Notes under the pieces: generated by a model
What the model saw: only the letters and a program-made list of their open reading frames with translations
What the model was told of the DNA's origin: nothing
Databases searched by the model: none
Source of the DNA: Leidyana gryllorum EB-2025a
Taxonomy: Eukaryota; Protista; Apicomplexa
DNA: 64,000 nt
Direction: 5' to 3'
Assembly: GCA_048772705.1 (NCBI GenBank)
Contig: JBLWGC010000051.1
Span: 186,001-250,000, forward strand
Shown here: piece after piece, positions 34,343 through 43,338 of the stretch
Layout of the letters: each line of letters begins with the position of its first letter
How positions within the stretch are numbered: position 1 is the stretch's first letter
Position numbers and translations under genes: made by a program

Positions 34343-35764
34343 ATGCCCCCACAACCGTCTGTTATGCGAAGCAAGGTGCCCTTTGGGCCCCGGCAGTCGA
34401 TGATGATGATGAAGGCAAGCCGATTTGGAACCGGGGGCGGCCCGCGGCCTTCACCAGCTGTACCACCTGCAGTCTTGGAGCGCAGACGATCCGGGGTTCC
34501 TCCAACAATGAGTCGTCGGCAATCAGCTTATATGGGACCAGCGGCGGCAATGACGCCCAAGGCGAGACCCTCAGTAGGCCCCCGCGGAGTCCCCCCCAGC
34601 CAACTGAGTCAAACAAAGGCTGACTCCCAAGTACCCGTAGAGGCATTTCAAAAAGCTACAAGATCGTTATCTCAAGTTGGTCAAGAATTGCGAAAGTCCG
34701 CCGCAGCTCTCAAGGAGGCGGCTCACGCGGTCAGAGCTGCCGCTGACTCTTCGGAAATGTCGTCAGCAACGGCATCTCCCCCGTCGGCTCGACACTCGGA
34801 GCACCCCAAACCTGCTCTGTCACGACGGAGCTCGCATGGGACCATTGCTCCTGCCCGGTCCCACGCCAGTCGGAAGCAGAGTATAGAAACTCAGCCGAGT
34901 AGACGCCCCAGTGCCGCAGTTGACACTAAACGGTCCAATTTAGTGGACGCGAGACGGTCTCGTGTCAGTATGATGCCCAAGGAGGAAACGGACGATAGTG
35001 AAGAGTCAGACTCCTCTCGCGTATCCTCCAGCGACGCGGAAAGTGAAGAGGTGAACCTGAGGAGAATCCAATCGTCACAGGGTGACGACTTGGACAACGA
35101 AGACGCAAAAATGAGACGCGATGACACATCTCGTTCGCACCGCAGACTAGACACAATGAGGTCAGCCCGCAAGTCCGGAGTCTCAGGTCGCAGTGGAAGT
35201 CTCAGAAGCCCTTCAGTTCGACAGCACAGCCGCAGATCAATGGAGGTTGAAAAGAAACCCACGTCCTCCAGCTTGGGGAGAGGCGATAGCAGCCGTGTCA
35301 AGCGACGCCCCAGCGGGGCGTCTGTCGCATCAACGACAAGGGGGGGAGGAATAGAGAAAGTTAGATCATCAAAGCAGGAGCAGCGACAATCACAGGGAGG
35401 GACAGAAAAAGACGTGACTACACAAAAAGTGGCGGACGGATCAGTCGAAGATACTGATAGGATCCGCAGTACAACTGTGCAACCGTCATGTTGGAAAGGG
35501 GGCTCCCATTGGCTCTTTGGAGTCGATACACCCACTGACAGACCCATGCAGCTATCCAACAACCGCCGGGGGAGGGACTGTGACTGCCCGATTGAGGTGC
35601 GGCCTGCATTGCGTATGTGTCATAAGGAAACGTGTAAGCCATACAGCTGTTCCAACAAGGATTTCATGGCCTCAAACGGCGGTGTTGAGCGATGGCGGCG
35701 CTCCTGGATGTGTTTGGAAGGCCATTTGCACCGCCCGTGCCCGCCAGTGTGGAGGAATGTGTAG
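34343..35764 (+). CDS. Hypothetical Ser/Arg-rich disordered protein with Cys-rich C-terminus
   Basis: 473-aa intronless ORF. Confidence 0.6.
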   Translation: MPPQPSVMRSKVPFGPRQSMMMMKASRFGTGGGPRPSPAVPPAVLERRRSGVPPTMSRRQSAYMGPAAAMTPKARPSVGPRGVPPSQLSQTKADSQVPVEAFQKATRSLSQVGQELRKSAAALKEAAHAVRAAADSSEMSSATASPPSARHSEHPKPALSRRSSHGTIAPARSHASRKQSIETQPSRRPSAAVDTKRSNLVDARRSRVSMMPKEETDDSEESDSSRVSSSDAESEEVNLRRIQSSQGDDLDNEDAKMRRDDTSRSHRRLDTMRSARKSGVSGRSGSLRSPSVRQHSRRSMEVEKKPTSSSLGRGDSSRVKRRPSGASVASTTRGGGIEKVRSSKQEQRQSQGGTEKDVTTQKVADGSVEDTDRIRSTTVQPSCWKGGSHWLFGVDTPTDRPMQLSNNRRGRDCDCPIEVRPALRMCHKETCKPYSCSNKDFMASNGGVERWRRSWMCLEGHLHRPCPPVWRNV

Positions 35765-35765
35765 C

Positions 35766-36995
35766 TCACTCGAACATGCTTAGTGTGACGCGATCAAACC
35801 ATTGGAAGCGATCAGCGGATAGATCTGCGCCGTTGTGATCGACATCAGAGGAAGTGGCAGCATCAAAATATCTGGTTTCGGCCACAGAAGATAGCCTGGC
35901 TCGAGTCAATTGACGTTTTCTGCGTTTTCGACACACCAAGCAGATGGTCATCGCGCACACAACAACAGAACCCACGGAGACGCCCACAAGACTGATGAGC
36001 CATCTTCTTCGATGTTTGCAGTGCCCATAAGCGTAGCCGACTGCTTGGACATATTGCTGAAGAGTATATGATGCATCGCTGAGGTGATTATCCTTTGTGT
36101 CCTTCAAAAAGAGGACTTGAACGTCGTCCAATGAGTCTAGTAGTTCTTTGCTCGGATACGCAGACACCTGGCAGGACCGTTCGAGAGAGAAGGAGTCAAC
36201 CTTAGGGAATATCTTTGGCCCTAATTGATGCTCAACTTGGCTTAACACATCTTTGATCACATTGATTGTGTCGGACTGAGTAACATTTTGCTGCTCCACG
36301 AGTCGTAGTTGTTTCACATATTTGATATATTCCAGCAAGTAGCACACACTGTTCTGAATCATATCGCGGTTGATTCCGGGTGCAGTGGAGTGGAGTACAC
36401 CAGCAATAGCCTCTTCAGCTGTTTGGCATGAGATCATAATATCTGCCAGATCATCATGGTCGGATAGATCTTCGAACAAATTGGGTATTTTAGGCAATAA
36501 TCCGTGAGATACTTCGAGGAGCTCCCAGCGCGCGAACTCTGAGGCGCCGAAACCGCCTTGACTTTCTCCATCTTCTGGATAACGTAGCGGAGTGTTCCAG
36601 TGTTCTATTCCTGCAGAGATGGTATTCGGATCTCCGAGGGGCCGGTCAAGGACAACCACGGCGAATCGTTTGCCAGGGTCGGCGGAGAATGGGTAGATGG
36701 GTGATGTTGCATTACTTGTCAGCCTCAGCAGAGCCTCAAGGCCTGCAGAGAAGGGCGTTCGCAGGGCCTGGATGTTTGGTCCTACAATGCGGAAGCAGGA
36801 GTCATCGCATAGATTGGGGGGCAGAGGATAGCCCTGTCCGTCGGGTAGCGGTTTGTCGCAGTAGTGATATGTTGTTACGTCTGGAACGACAGCGGGGGGG
36901 TCGACGGATAAGTCAGGAGGAAGCAGCCAGACAGTCTGAGTGTGATCTTGGCAGAGTTGCGAGGTGGCGAAAGCAGCTAGAGTGGCGAAGTTCAT
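35766..36995 (-). CDS. Type I membrane protein, degenerate paralog of the integrin-beta-like gene at 39237
   Basis: Short hydrophobic N-terminus; shared blocks LEALLRL, RFAVVVLD, WNTPLRYP..GGFGAS, LGP..FP, C...AYPS; TM helix, basic stop-transfer, tail VTLSMFE*. Confidence 0.75.
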   Translation of the reverse strand: MNFATLAAFATSQLCQDHTQTVWLLPPDLSVDPPAVVPDVTTYHYCDKPLPDGQGYPLPPNLCDDSCFRIVGPNIQALRTPFSAGLEALLRLTSNATSPIYPFSADPGKRFAVVVLDRPLGDPNTISAGIEHWNTPLRYPEDGESQGGFGASEFARWELLEVSHGLLPKIPNLFEDLSDHDDLADIMISCQTAEEAIAGVLHSTAPGINRDMIQNSVCYLLEYIKYVKQLRLVEQQNVTQSDTINVIKDVLSQVEHQLGPKIFPKVDSFSLERSCQVSAYPSKELLDSLDDVQVLFLKDTKDNHLSDASYTLQQYVQAVGYAYGHCKHRRRWLISLVGVSVGSVVVCAMTICLVCRKRRKRQLTRARLSSVAETRYFDAATSSDVDHNGADLSADRFQWFDRVTLSMFE

Positions 36996-37024
36996 CGAGT
37001 TGGTGGCATTTGCACATTAAAAGA

Positions 37025-37375
37025 TTACGAGAAGTATGATTCATCCATTGATTCTACAGACTCTCGAGAGAAGGGGCTCTTTTGTACTTCGGGGCTGAGT
37101 TGGATGGTCCATTTCGACCCGTATCGCGCAGGTACCAGAGTGTGTGTGTGAGAGGGCCTACGTATTGAAGCGGTGGAGGGGCGACGCTCGCGATATCTGC
37201 CCGCCAGGCGGCGCCGGAGAGACTCGTAGTGGCGTAGGGCGATCCAGATTAAAGCGGCAGTGAGAAGGACAACAAAGATGACAATGCCCGCGATTAGTAC
37301 GGCCTTGCTGGTTGCAGTGTGAGGGGGGTAGGGGGAAGACTTGTCTGGGGCGTCAGCTGGTATTCCAGGCAGCAT
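37025..37375 (-). CDS. Small single-pass membrane protein
   Basis: TM AVLIAGIVIFVVLLTAALIWIAL, basic juxtamembrane, acidic tail ending ESYFS*. Confidence 0.65.
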   Translation of the reverse strand: MLPGIPADAPDKSSPYPPHTATSKAVLIAGIVIFVVLLTAALIWIALRHYESLRRRLAGRYRERRPSTASIRRPSHTHTLVPARYGSKWTIQLSPEVQKSPFSRESVESMDESYFS

Positions 37376-37384
37376 AGAAAAAGG

Positions 37385-38509
37385 CTATGTGAACATATCG
37401 AAATTCACTCTCTGAATACGTTCACGGTCTGAGGTTTCAGTATAGCGGTCATCGAGTTCAATGCTTTCATCTTCTGAGATGTCTGTTCCACGCAGTGGTT
37501 TCGTGCGTCCGTGGCCTCCACACCAAGAAGCTCCTTTCCAAATCCCCAAACCCAGAATGCTGACTGCAAAGCCGGCTGAGGCCGCTGCGATGGCGATTTT
37601 CCGTCTTTCGTCGAGAGTGGAGTGGTCGTCCAACACTGCTCCATCAGTGGGCCGTGCGCACAGCAGTCTTGCGAGCAAGTCGGCAGAGGAAGAGTCCAGA
37701 TGTCCCACGTGTATCCCCTCGACTGCCAGCGCTCCCTCGTCCAACAACTCAGCAGCCCCATGAGTAACGAGGGCAGCCAGACGGATGCCTGATGAATTCA
37801 ACCATTCAGATACGGTCTGCTTGGAAGGATAGTCAGTGTCCCAACAGGCAGCTTTCACATTAAAAGGAGTCAATGTTGGCCAGGGATGGGGACCCAGCTT
37901 TTGATGCAGGCGAGCCAATAACTCCAATTCTTCTTGGTCCATATGGTCGCGAGCTGTATCATACCGTTTCAGCAGGGCTGCTAATTGCCAATACTCTTGC
38001 AATTCGGCATGTTCAACGCCATCAGTGTGTTTGGCGAAACTAATAGATCCCCACCCCCCTTCGGACAATCCACCCGGTGGGTAGGCTCTCTTAGTATTCC
38101 ACTCCTCCACACCGGAAACAGCCGCGCCTGCCCACCCGGGCGCTCGGTCCAGCACCACTACGGCTGCCCGATTGTTGGACTGCCACTCGTAGGTGTCCAG
38201 TAATCGAATCAAAGCTTCGAAGCCGACAGACAGCGGGCTTCGACGGGGAACTTCTTCGGGAGAGAGCGTCAAAGAGTGCTCAGCAGCCAGGCATCTCTCA
38301 TCACTGTATTTGCGGTGCGGCGCTGGCCATCCCAGCCCTTCATGGGGCACCGTCTTCTCATAATATGTATAGTTGCTAATACTGAAAGGACCTTCCTTGG
38401 CACGCGGTGGGAGTTCACTGAAACCCCATGGTCCGAGCCATACCAATTCCGCAGGCTCTTCGCATCTCTTTGAAGTCAAGGCGACTGAGAACAAAGCCGT
38501 AAGGTTCAT
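37385..38509 (-). CDS. Type I membrane protein, degenerate paralog of the integrin-beta-like gene at 39237
   Basis: MNLTALFSVAL start; FEALIRL, RAAVVVLD, WNTKRAYP..GGWGS, LGPHPWP, CWDTDYPS; TM, tail VNFDMFT*. Confidence 0.78.
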   Translation of the reverse strand: MNLTALFSVALTSKRCEEPAELVWLGPWGFSELPPRAKEGPFSISNYTYYEKTVPHEGLGWPAPHRKYSDERCLAAEHSLTLSPEEVPRRSPLSVGFEALIRLLDTYEWQSNNRAAVVVLDRAPGWAGAAVSGVEEWNTKRAYPPGGLSEGGWGSISFAKHTDGVEHAELQEYWQLAALLKRYDTARDHMDQEELELLARLHQKLGPHPWPTLTPFNVKAACWDTDYPSKQTVSEWLNSSGIRLAALVTHGAAELLDEGALAVEGIHVGHLDSSSADLLARLLCARPTDGAVLDDHSTLDERRKIAIAAASAGFAVSILGLGIWKGASWCGGHGRTKPLRGTDISEDESIELDDRYTETSDRERIQRVNFDMFT

Positions 38510-39236
38510 ATCATTTGCAGTAAAAACCTTTTTTCCCAAACACCGATAACGAACATTGACACTGACATCGCCCCAGGGCCCCACCCGTCATCACCAGATC
38601 GGTGTTGTCACGTCAAGATCTCCTCCGCACTCGCGGACACAATCTACACACACGTTGCCGCGCCAAGACTGCCCCGTCCCAGACGTCCACGGCGGCCAAG
38701 ATGCCTTTGTGATCTATAATCATTCACATGAGATCACTCGCAAGGGAGTTAGGATCGACGATCGACAAGTGTGTGAGGTGGTCGTTTGGCGAAAAGATGT
38801 ATCATTATCATCCCAGCACAACCACTGAGCGTGTCGGACGGAATTGGAAAATGGTGTGACACCAACAATAGCGAACAATAGTGAGAGCACTACACTGGCG
38901 TCTAGTGCGGAAGAACCTCAGACAGACAGAGAACGGACGTCACGTGATGTAGATATAGAATCCTTCCTCTCGGGCACTCGAGACCACGCTACCACGGCTG
39001 CTATGCCGCGTTGTAGATGAGCCGAGCACTCTGTAGACTAAAGCGTTCGAATGTGACACGCACGATAACAGTCCTAGCGAAAAAGCTAATCCTCAGACGA
39101 GAGATACCTTAGACGGTTTGAAAGACCTCGTTCCCCAAGGGGCAGAAAGATGTAACCAGACAGAGCGGTACTCAAATTATATACAATGCAATTCCCATTG
39201 ACGTGTATCCATTGGCATTTATCGAGGTGTGGTTGA

Positions 39237-41189
39237 TCACTGGAACATGTCCATCGTCACCTCCTCCATAGTTTCCCTCTCTATGGGGTTTTCAGGAACC
39301 TCAACTTGTTGGATACCCTCCATACCAGCGGGAGCACTGCCTCCGAACATACCGGCTCCGAACTTGGCATACGCAAGACCGGCCAAAGCGGCAACACCTG
39401 CTACAGCTCCGCCAGCAGCCCCGGCAATAACTCCAATACTCGGACCATCGCCACCCTCCTCACCACCAGACACTGGAGGCTCGACAGGGGGCACCACGAT
39501 TATGAGTTCTTCTTCAGTTGAGGAAGTCTCGGTGACCAAGCTGGAACTCATTGGTGCTTCTTCCTCTTCAGTGGCGGCGCCGTGGACTTCCTCCGTGGAT
39601 GGTCCAGCATTGGAGGACTCGGCTGTACTGGCCTTCTCCTCCACATCTTCGGTCGGGGGGAGGGGGTCGGTAGCAACAGGGGCTTCGGTCTTCTTGTCAC
39701 CTTCAGCCTCGGTGCTCACGTTGCCCTCGCTGTCGCCATCGGTCTCAGAAGTCGCATTGTTATCACTATCGCCGTCTCCGCCATGGTTGGGACGAGTCGT
39801 GGCGGACGGGTCGTGGTGGTTGTCCTCGTCGGTCACGCCATGACCGGGCTGAGTGCTACCGTCACGGTCACTATCGCTGTTGCCGTTGTCGTTCTCCTCA
39901 GCAGTTGCCTCGTCCTTGTCGTCGTCGTCAGTGTCGAGGTCACTGTTTCCGTCGGCCTCGCTGGTCTTGGCGGTCTCGGTCTTAGGCGGAAGAGTGGTGA
40001 CCAACTCGGTGATCGTGCTCAGTGTAGTCGTAGTAGTTGTGGTAGTACTGGTCGTGGTGGTGGAAGGAGTCAAGCACAGGAGGTCGGTCAGGGCGCCCAC
40101 AGCATCGATGATGACATCAAGAGTGTTGTCTCCATCTATAGCGGCCACCACGGCGGGGAGGTTCATCGCAGTCGCATTCTGCTTGTAGTACTCAACCATA
40201 CAGGCGGTCGTCTGGCTGTTAGGGTTGTAACCCAAGGCATTGCAAGCATCACGGAGGGGCTTGGACACAGTATTGGGCTTGGCCACAAGAAAGATCGGCA
40301 GGACGTTCAAAGGACGGAGGAAGTCACCAACTTGTTCAGCGGTGGGATATTCGACTTCAGCACAGTCGAGAGAGAGGTCTCCAGGGTGCTCCGTCTCAAG
40401 AGCTGGCCAAGGATATGGGCCGAACCGGGCAACCAGCTCGTCAAGCCGAGCTTCTTGTTCGGTACTCAAAATCCCCTCATTGTCAAATATACTGAATAGG
40501 TCGGCCATCTCATAATACAGAGCCTCATTCTCTCCGTAAGTGTTGATCTGCCCAGAAGAAAGGAAGTTGTGGGCACCGAAGCCGCCAGTGCTCATTCCAG
40601 CAGGTCCGTGGGGGTAGCTGCGAGGCCAGTTCCATCCATACTGTGTGTTTGAGGTGGCTTCTATCGGCTTGTGGGGGATGTCATCCGTGATAACCATAGC
40701 AATTCTGACAATTGGACGACCACCTTCTGAGTGAGTTTGTTCGGTCGGACTCCATTGAGCTGCGTTGTCAGCGGCAGCATACATTAAGGCTTCAAGAGGG
40801 TTCTCGGGGAAGTCATTGCCCCCGCCCAAGTTACCGCCGAGCTCAGTGAGACCTTGCATAACAGTTAGAGCGTCCTCGGCAAGCGGGGCATGGTGCCGGT
40901 AGCAGTAGTCTTGAACGTAGGTGTTCCAGCCACCGAAGTTCCCGTAGCCCGAGTAAGGGATTGGTTTGTCGACAAACGAGGAAACACCATACTTGAACTC
41001 GCCGTAACGCTCATGCAATGTGTCCACCAACTCCGACATAAACTTGATCATGCTCTCAATATGAGCTTGGAAGGAGGCAGAACCGTCTTGCAGCTGCAAA
41101 AGCTCCACCGCATACGTACATTCACCTCCATCCATCTGACCCCGAACGGCCAGCAGGGCAGAAGCACCAACAAATACAAGATTCTTCAT
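39237..41189 (-). CDS. Integrin beta-I (vWA) domain surface protein with mucin/acidic stalk, TM and short acidic tail
   Basis: Signal peptide, MIDAS DGSAS, GVSSFVDK, GNDFPENPLEAL, VITDDIPH, EYPTAEQV..LNVLPIFLV (beta-integrin I-like hallmarks), poly-Thr stalk, TM GVIAGAAGGAVAGV, tail VTMDMFQ*. Confidence 0.88.
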   Translation of the reverse strand: MKNLVFVGASALLAVRGQMDGGECTYAVELLQLQDGSASFQAHIESMIKFMSELVDTLHERYGEFKYGVSSFVDKPIPYSGYGNFGGWNTYVQDYCYRHHAPLAEDALTVMQGLTELGGNLGGGNDFPENPLEALMYAAADNAAQWSPTEQTHSEGGRPIVRIAMVITDDIPHKPIEATSNTQYGWNWPRSYPHGPAGMSTGGFGAHNFLSSGQINTYGENEALYYEMADLFSIFDNEGILSTEQEARLDELVARFGPYPWPALETEHPGDLSLDCAEVEYPTAEQVGDFLRPLNVLPIFLVAKPNTVSKPLRDACNALGYNPNSQTTACMVEYYKQNATAMNLPAVVAAIDGDNTLDVIIDAVGALTDLLCLTPSTTTTSTTTTTTTTLSTITELVTTLPPKTETAKTSEADGNSDLDTDDDDKDEATAEENDNGNSDSDRDGSTQPGHGVTDEDNHHDPSATTRPNHGGDGDSDNNATSETDGDSEGNVSTEAEGDKKTEAPVATDPLPPTEDVEEKASTAESSNAGPSTEEVHGAATEEEEAPMSSSLVTETSSTEEELIIVVPPVEPPVSGGEEGGDGPSIGVIAGAAGGAVAGVAALAGLAYAKFGAGMFGGSAPAGMEGIQQVEVPENPIERETMEEVTMDMFQ

Positions 41190-41496
41190 TCAGTAGTAGT
41201 TGTAGTAGTTATATGAAGCGATGTTTGGGAAAAAAAGACCCAAGATGTTTTGATCTGATTGGATTGTATGCAATACCGTTCTCATTGTGTGCGCACCTGC
41301 CCCAGACTTGCGGGACTCGACCGCGTTATCTGCCCCCACCACACATGTGGAAGACCCACGCAACATGAGACCGGCAGAAGATCAATACTTATCGACGAAG
41401 GGTTGAGTAGTGAGTGAGGAGACAGAAGAGTGTGCCCAGATCGAAGCTTGACAACGGCCCAGCCCGCACGTCTCCCCCTTAATCCAACCACTCGCT

Positions 41497-43338
41497 ATGG
41501 GTGTATTCGATTTGGAACTCCACTCGGCTCTAACGTCACAGCGTCTTGTCCGTCACCAGATACACATCTACAAATCCTCAGACAAATCGGCCATACAGCA
41601 AAGGCGCGATGCGACCGCGAGCTCTCCCCGCGTGAACGCGCACCTCTTCAGGAGAGATGGGAAAACTATACGGAAATTGTCAGTGAGCTGCTTACGCTCA
41701 AGAAGCACAGCTGCTACCCTAACCACCACATCGACAGCGGCATCTTACGGACAGAAGTCTGACATCGCAAGTCGGCGGTGTACTGATCGCAATATGCAAC
41801 AAGCTACCAAGTGCCAGACAGTGCGGGCAGACAAGTCAGGCCCACAACGTATGGCACTCGGTGAGAGGACGAGTCCAATGACATACCAGTGGCATGCGGT
41901 CGACCCCCGATCGGTCCCGTTCGAAGAAACAACATCTCCAAGAAGTCGGTACCAGTTATTCGCCTCTATGGTACGGAAAGCGGGCCAGGCCATGAAGGCT
42001 CCTGCAAGATCAGCAGGTAACGCCACTGGCTCCAGTGGACAAAAATCGGGAACTCCACCACGGGCCCCGGGGTCCCGACAAGATGATGGCACTAGTCCTT
42101 CATTCGCAGCGCCCGTTCGCAAAATCGCACACGACTCAAAGAAAGGAACCAGCACGTCACCTCCTTCGATCTCCAGGGAAGCCAGAAGCAGACTCCAGCC
42201 CAAAATCTCACCGCAAGTTGAAAGGACGAAGCCACGGGATGCAACAAAGACATCGAGCCCGCCGGTGCAGCGCAACAATGCTTCACCTCCTGTGCAGCGC
42301 AACAATCGTGTTTCACCTCCCGTGCAGCGCAACAATGCTTCACCTCCTGTGCAGCGCAACAATCGTGTTTCACCTCCCGTGCAGCGCAACAATCGTGTTT
42401 CACCACCCGTGCAGCGCAACAATCGTGTTTCACCACCCGTGCAGCGCAACAATCGTGTTTCACCACCCGTGCAGCGCAACGATCGTGCTTCACCACCCGC
42501 GCAGCGCGATCATCATGCTTCACCTCCTGGGCAAGGCACTCCCAGTGGTTCACCTTCCGTGCACCGCCTTTACGACTGGAAGAAGATCCAAGAGATTGGA
42601 GCCAGGAGGAGGAAGGCTGCCGAGGCACTCGCCTCGCAGCTACGACTGCAGAATTCCAAAGATCGCTCACCAATGGTTTCTTCAAGAGGCGCCCTTGGCC
42701 AACCCCCTTTGCAATCCCGATCCCGCAAAGCCGGAGTCCCGAAGACTCCGAACCAATCTCTTCCGTTTGCAACGACCAAAGGGAAGACTTTGGAGCTCCG
42801 ATCCACTGGCGCCGACTCATCACCAGGCCAGTGCCCCCCGCCGCCGAAGCGATTCTTCATCGCCAGTCCCGACGCCGAAGATGAAGCAGAGCTTGCCAAC
42901 TCTGGTGAACCTTCCTCGGCGCCAAACTCTCATGAGACAGCGGAATTGGTGCACAGGTCCCATGCAGCTACTGTTTATCCATTAGATCAGCAAGACTCTT
43001 TCGTCACTGCTACAGAGTCAGGCGGACGGCGGTTCCGTGGCTCACAGTCTATAGATTCTATCGATACTATTGAGATTCCGCAGCATCCCTTCGAAGGCTC
43101 CAGGCCTGACAGCCCCAGTTCACCCGAGTCGTTCGCTTTCCTTTGCACTCTGGTTCGGCCAGAATACCGCCACGCGTCCCATTCGGTCGGAGTGCAAGCC
43201 CAACTGAGCCCCCAATACTCAAAGGCGGCTATCGCACAGTCCAGCTCGACGAGACGAGAAGGACATTCAAGGAAAGTGGGGCTCCAAAGGCATCGATACG
43301 CCGGCTGCTGTGACTCCGACGACTCTGATTGGTATTGA
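41497..43338 (+). CDS. Hypothetical disordered protein with SPPVQRNN repeats
   Basis: 613-aa ORF, S/P/R-rich. Confidence 0.6.
   Translation: MGVFDLELHSALTSQRLVRHQIHIYKSSDKSAIQQRRDATASSPRVNAHLFRRDGKTIRKLSVSCLRSRSTAATLTTTSTAASYGQKSDIASRRCTDRNMQQATKCQTVRADKSGPQRMALGERTSPMTYQWHAVDPRSVPFEETTSPRSRYQLFASMVRKAGQAMKAPARSAGNATGSSGQKSGTPPRAPGSRQDDGTSPSFAAPVRKIAHDSKKGTSTSPPSISREARSRLQPKISPQVERTKPRDATKTSSPPVQRNNASPPVQRNNRVSPPVQRNNASPPVQRNNRVSPPVQRNNRVSPPVQRNNRVSPPVQRNNRVSPPVQRNDRASPPAQRDHHASPPGQGTPSGSPSVHRLYDWKKIQEIGARRRKAAEALASQLRLQNSKDRSPMVSSRGALGQPPLQSRSRKAGVPKTPNQSLPFATTKGKTLELRSTGADSSPGQCPPPPKRFFIASPDAEDEAELANSGEPSSAPNSHETAELVHRSHAATVYPLDQQDSFVTATESGGRRFRGSQSIDSIDTIEIPQHPFEGSRPDSPSSPESFAFLCTLVRPEYRHASHSVGVQAQLSPQYSKAAIAQSSSTRREGHSRKVGLQRHRYAGCCDSDDSDWY
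42256..42528 (+). repeat. Coding minisatellite, 9 units of 27/30 bp (SPPVQRNNA / SPPVQRNNRV)
   Basis: Repeated tcacc(t/a)cc(t/c)gtgcagcgcaacaat(cgtgtt/gct). Confidence 0.95.

Noticed and set aside
39229-40515. Long plus-strand ORFs opposite the integrin-like gene, and similar antisense ORFs over cyclophilin, FKBP and RPL34
   Set aside because: Shadow ORFs caused by codon bias of the real genes
41745-42985. Overlapping repeat ORFs in other frames (CSATIVFHHP, RCTGGETRLL, VKHDCCAAR)
   Set aside because: Stop-free frames are expected from a 27/30-bp minisatellite; only the 41497 frame is open far on both sides
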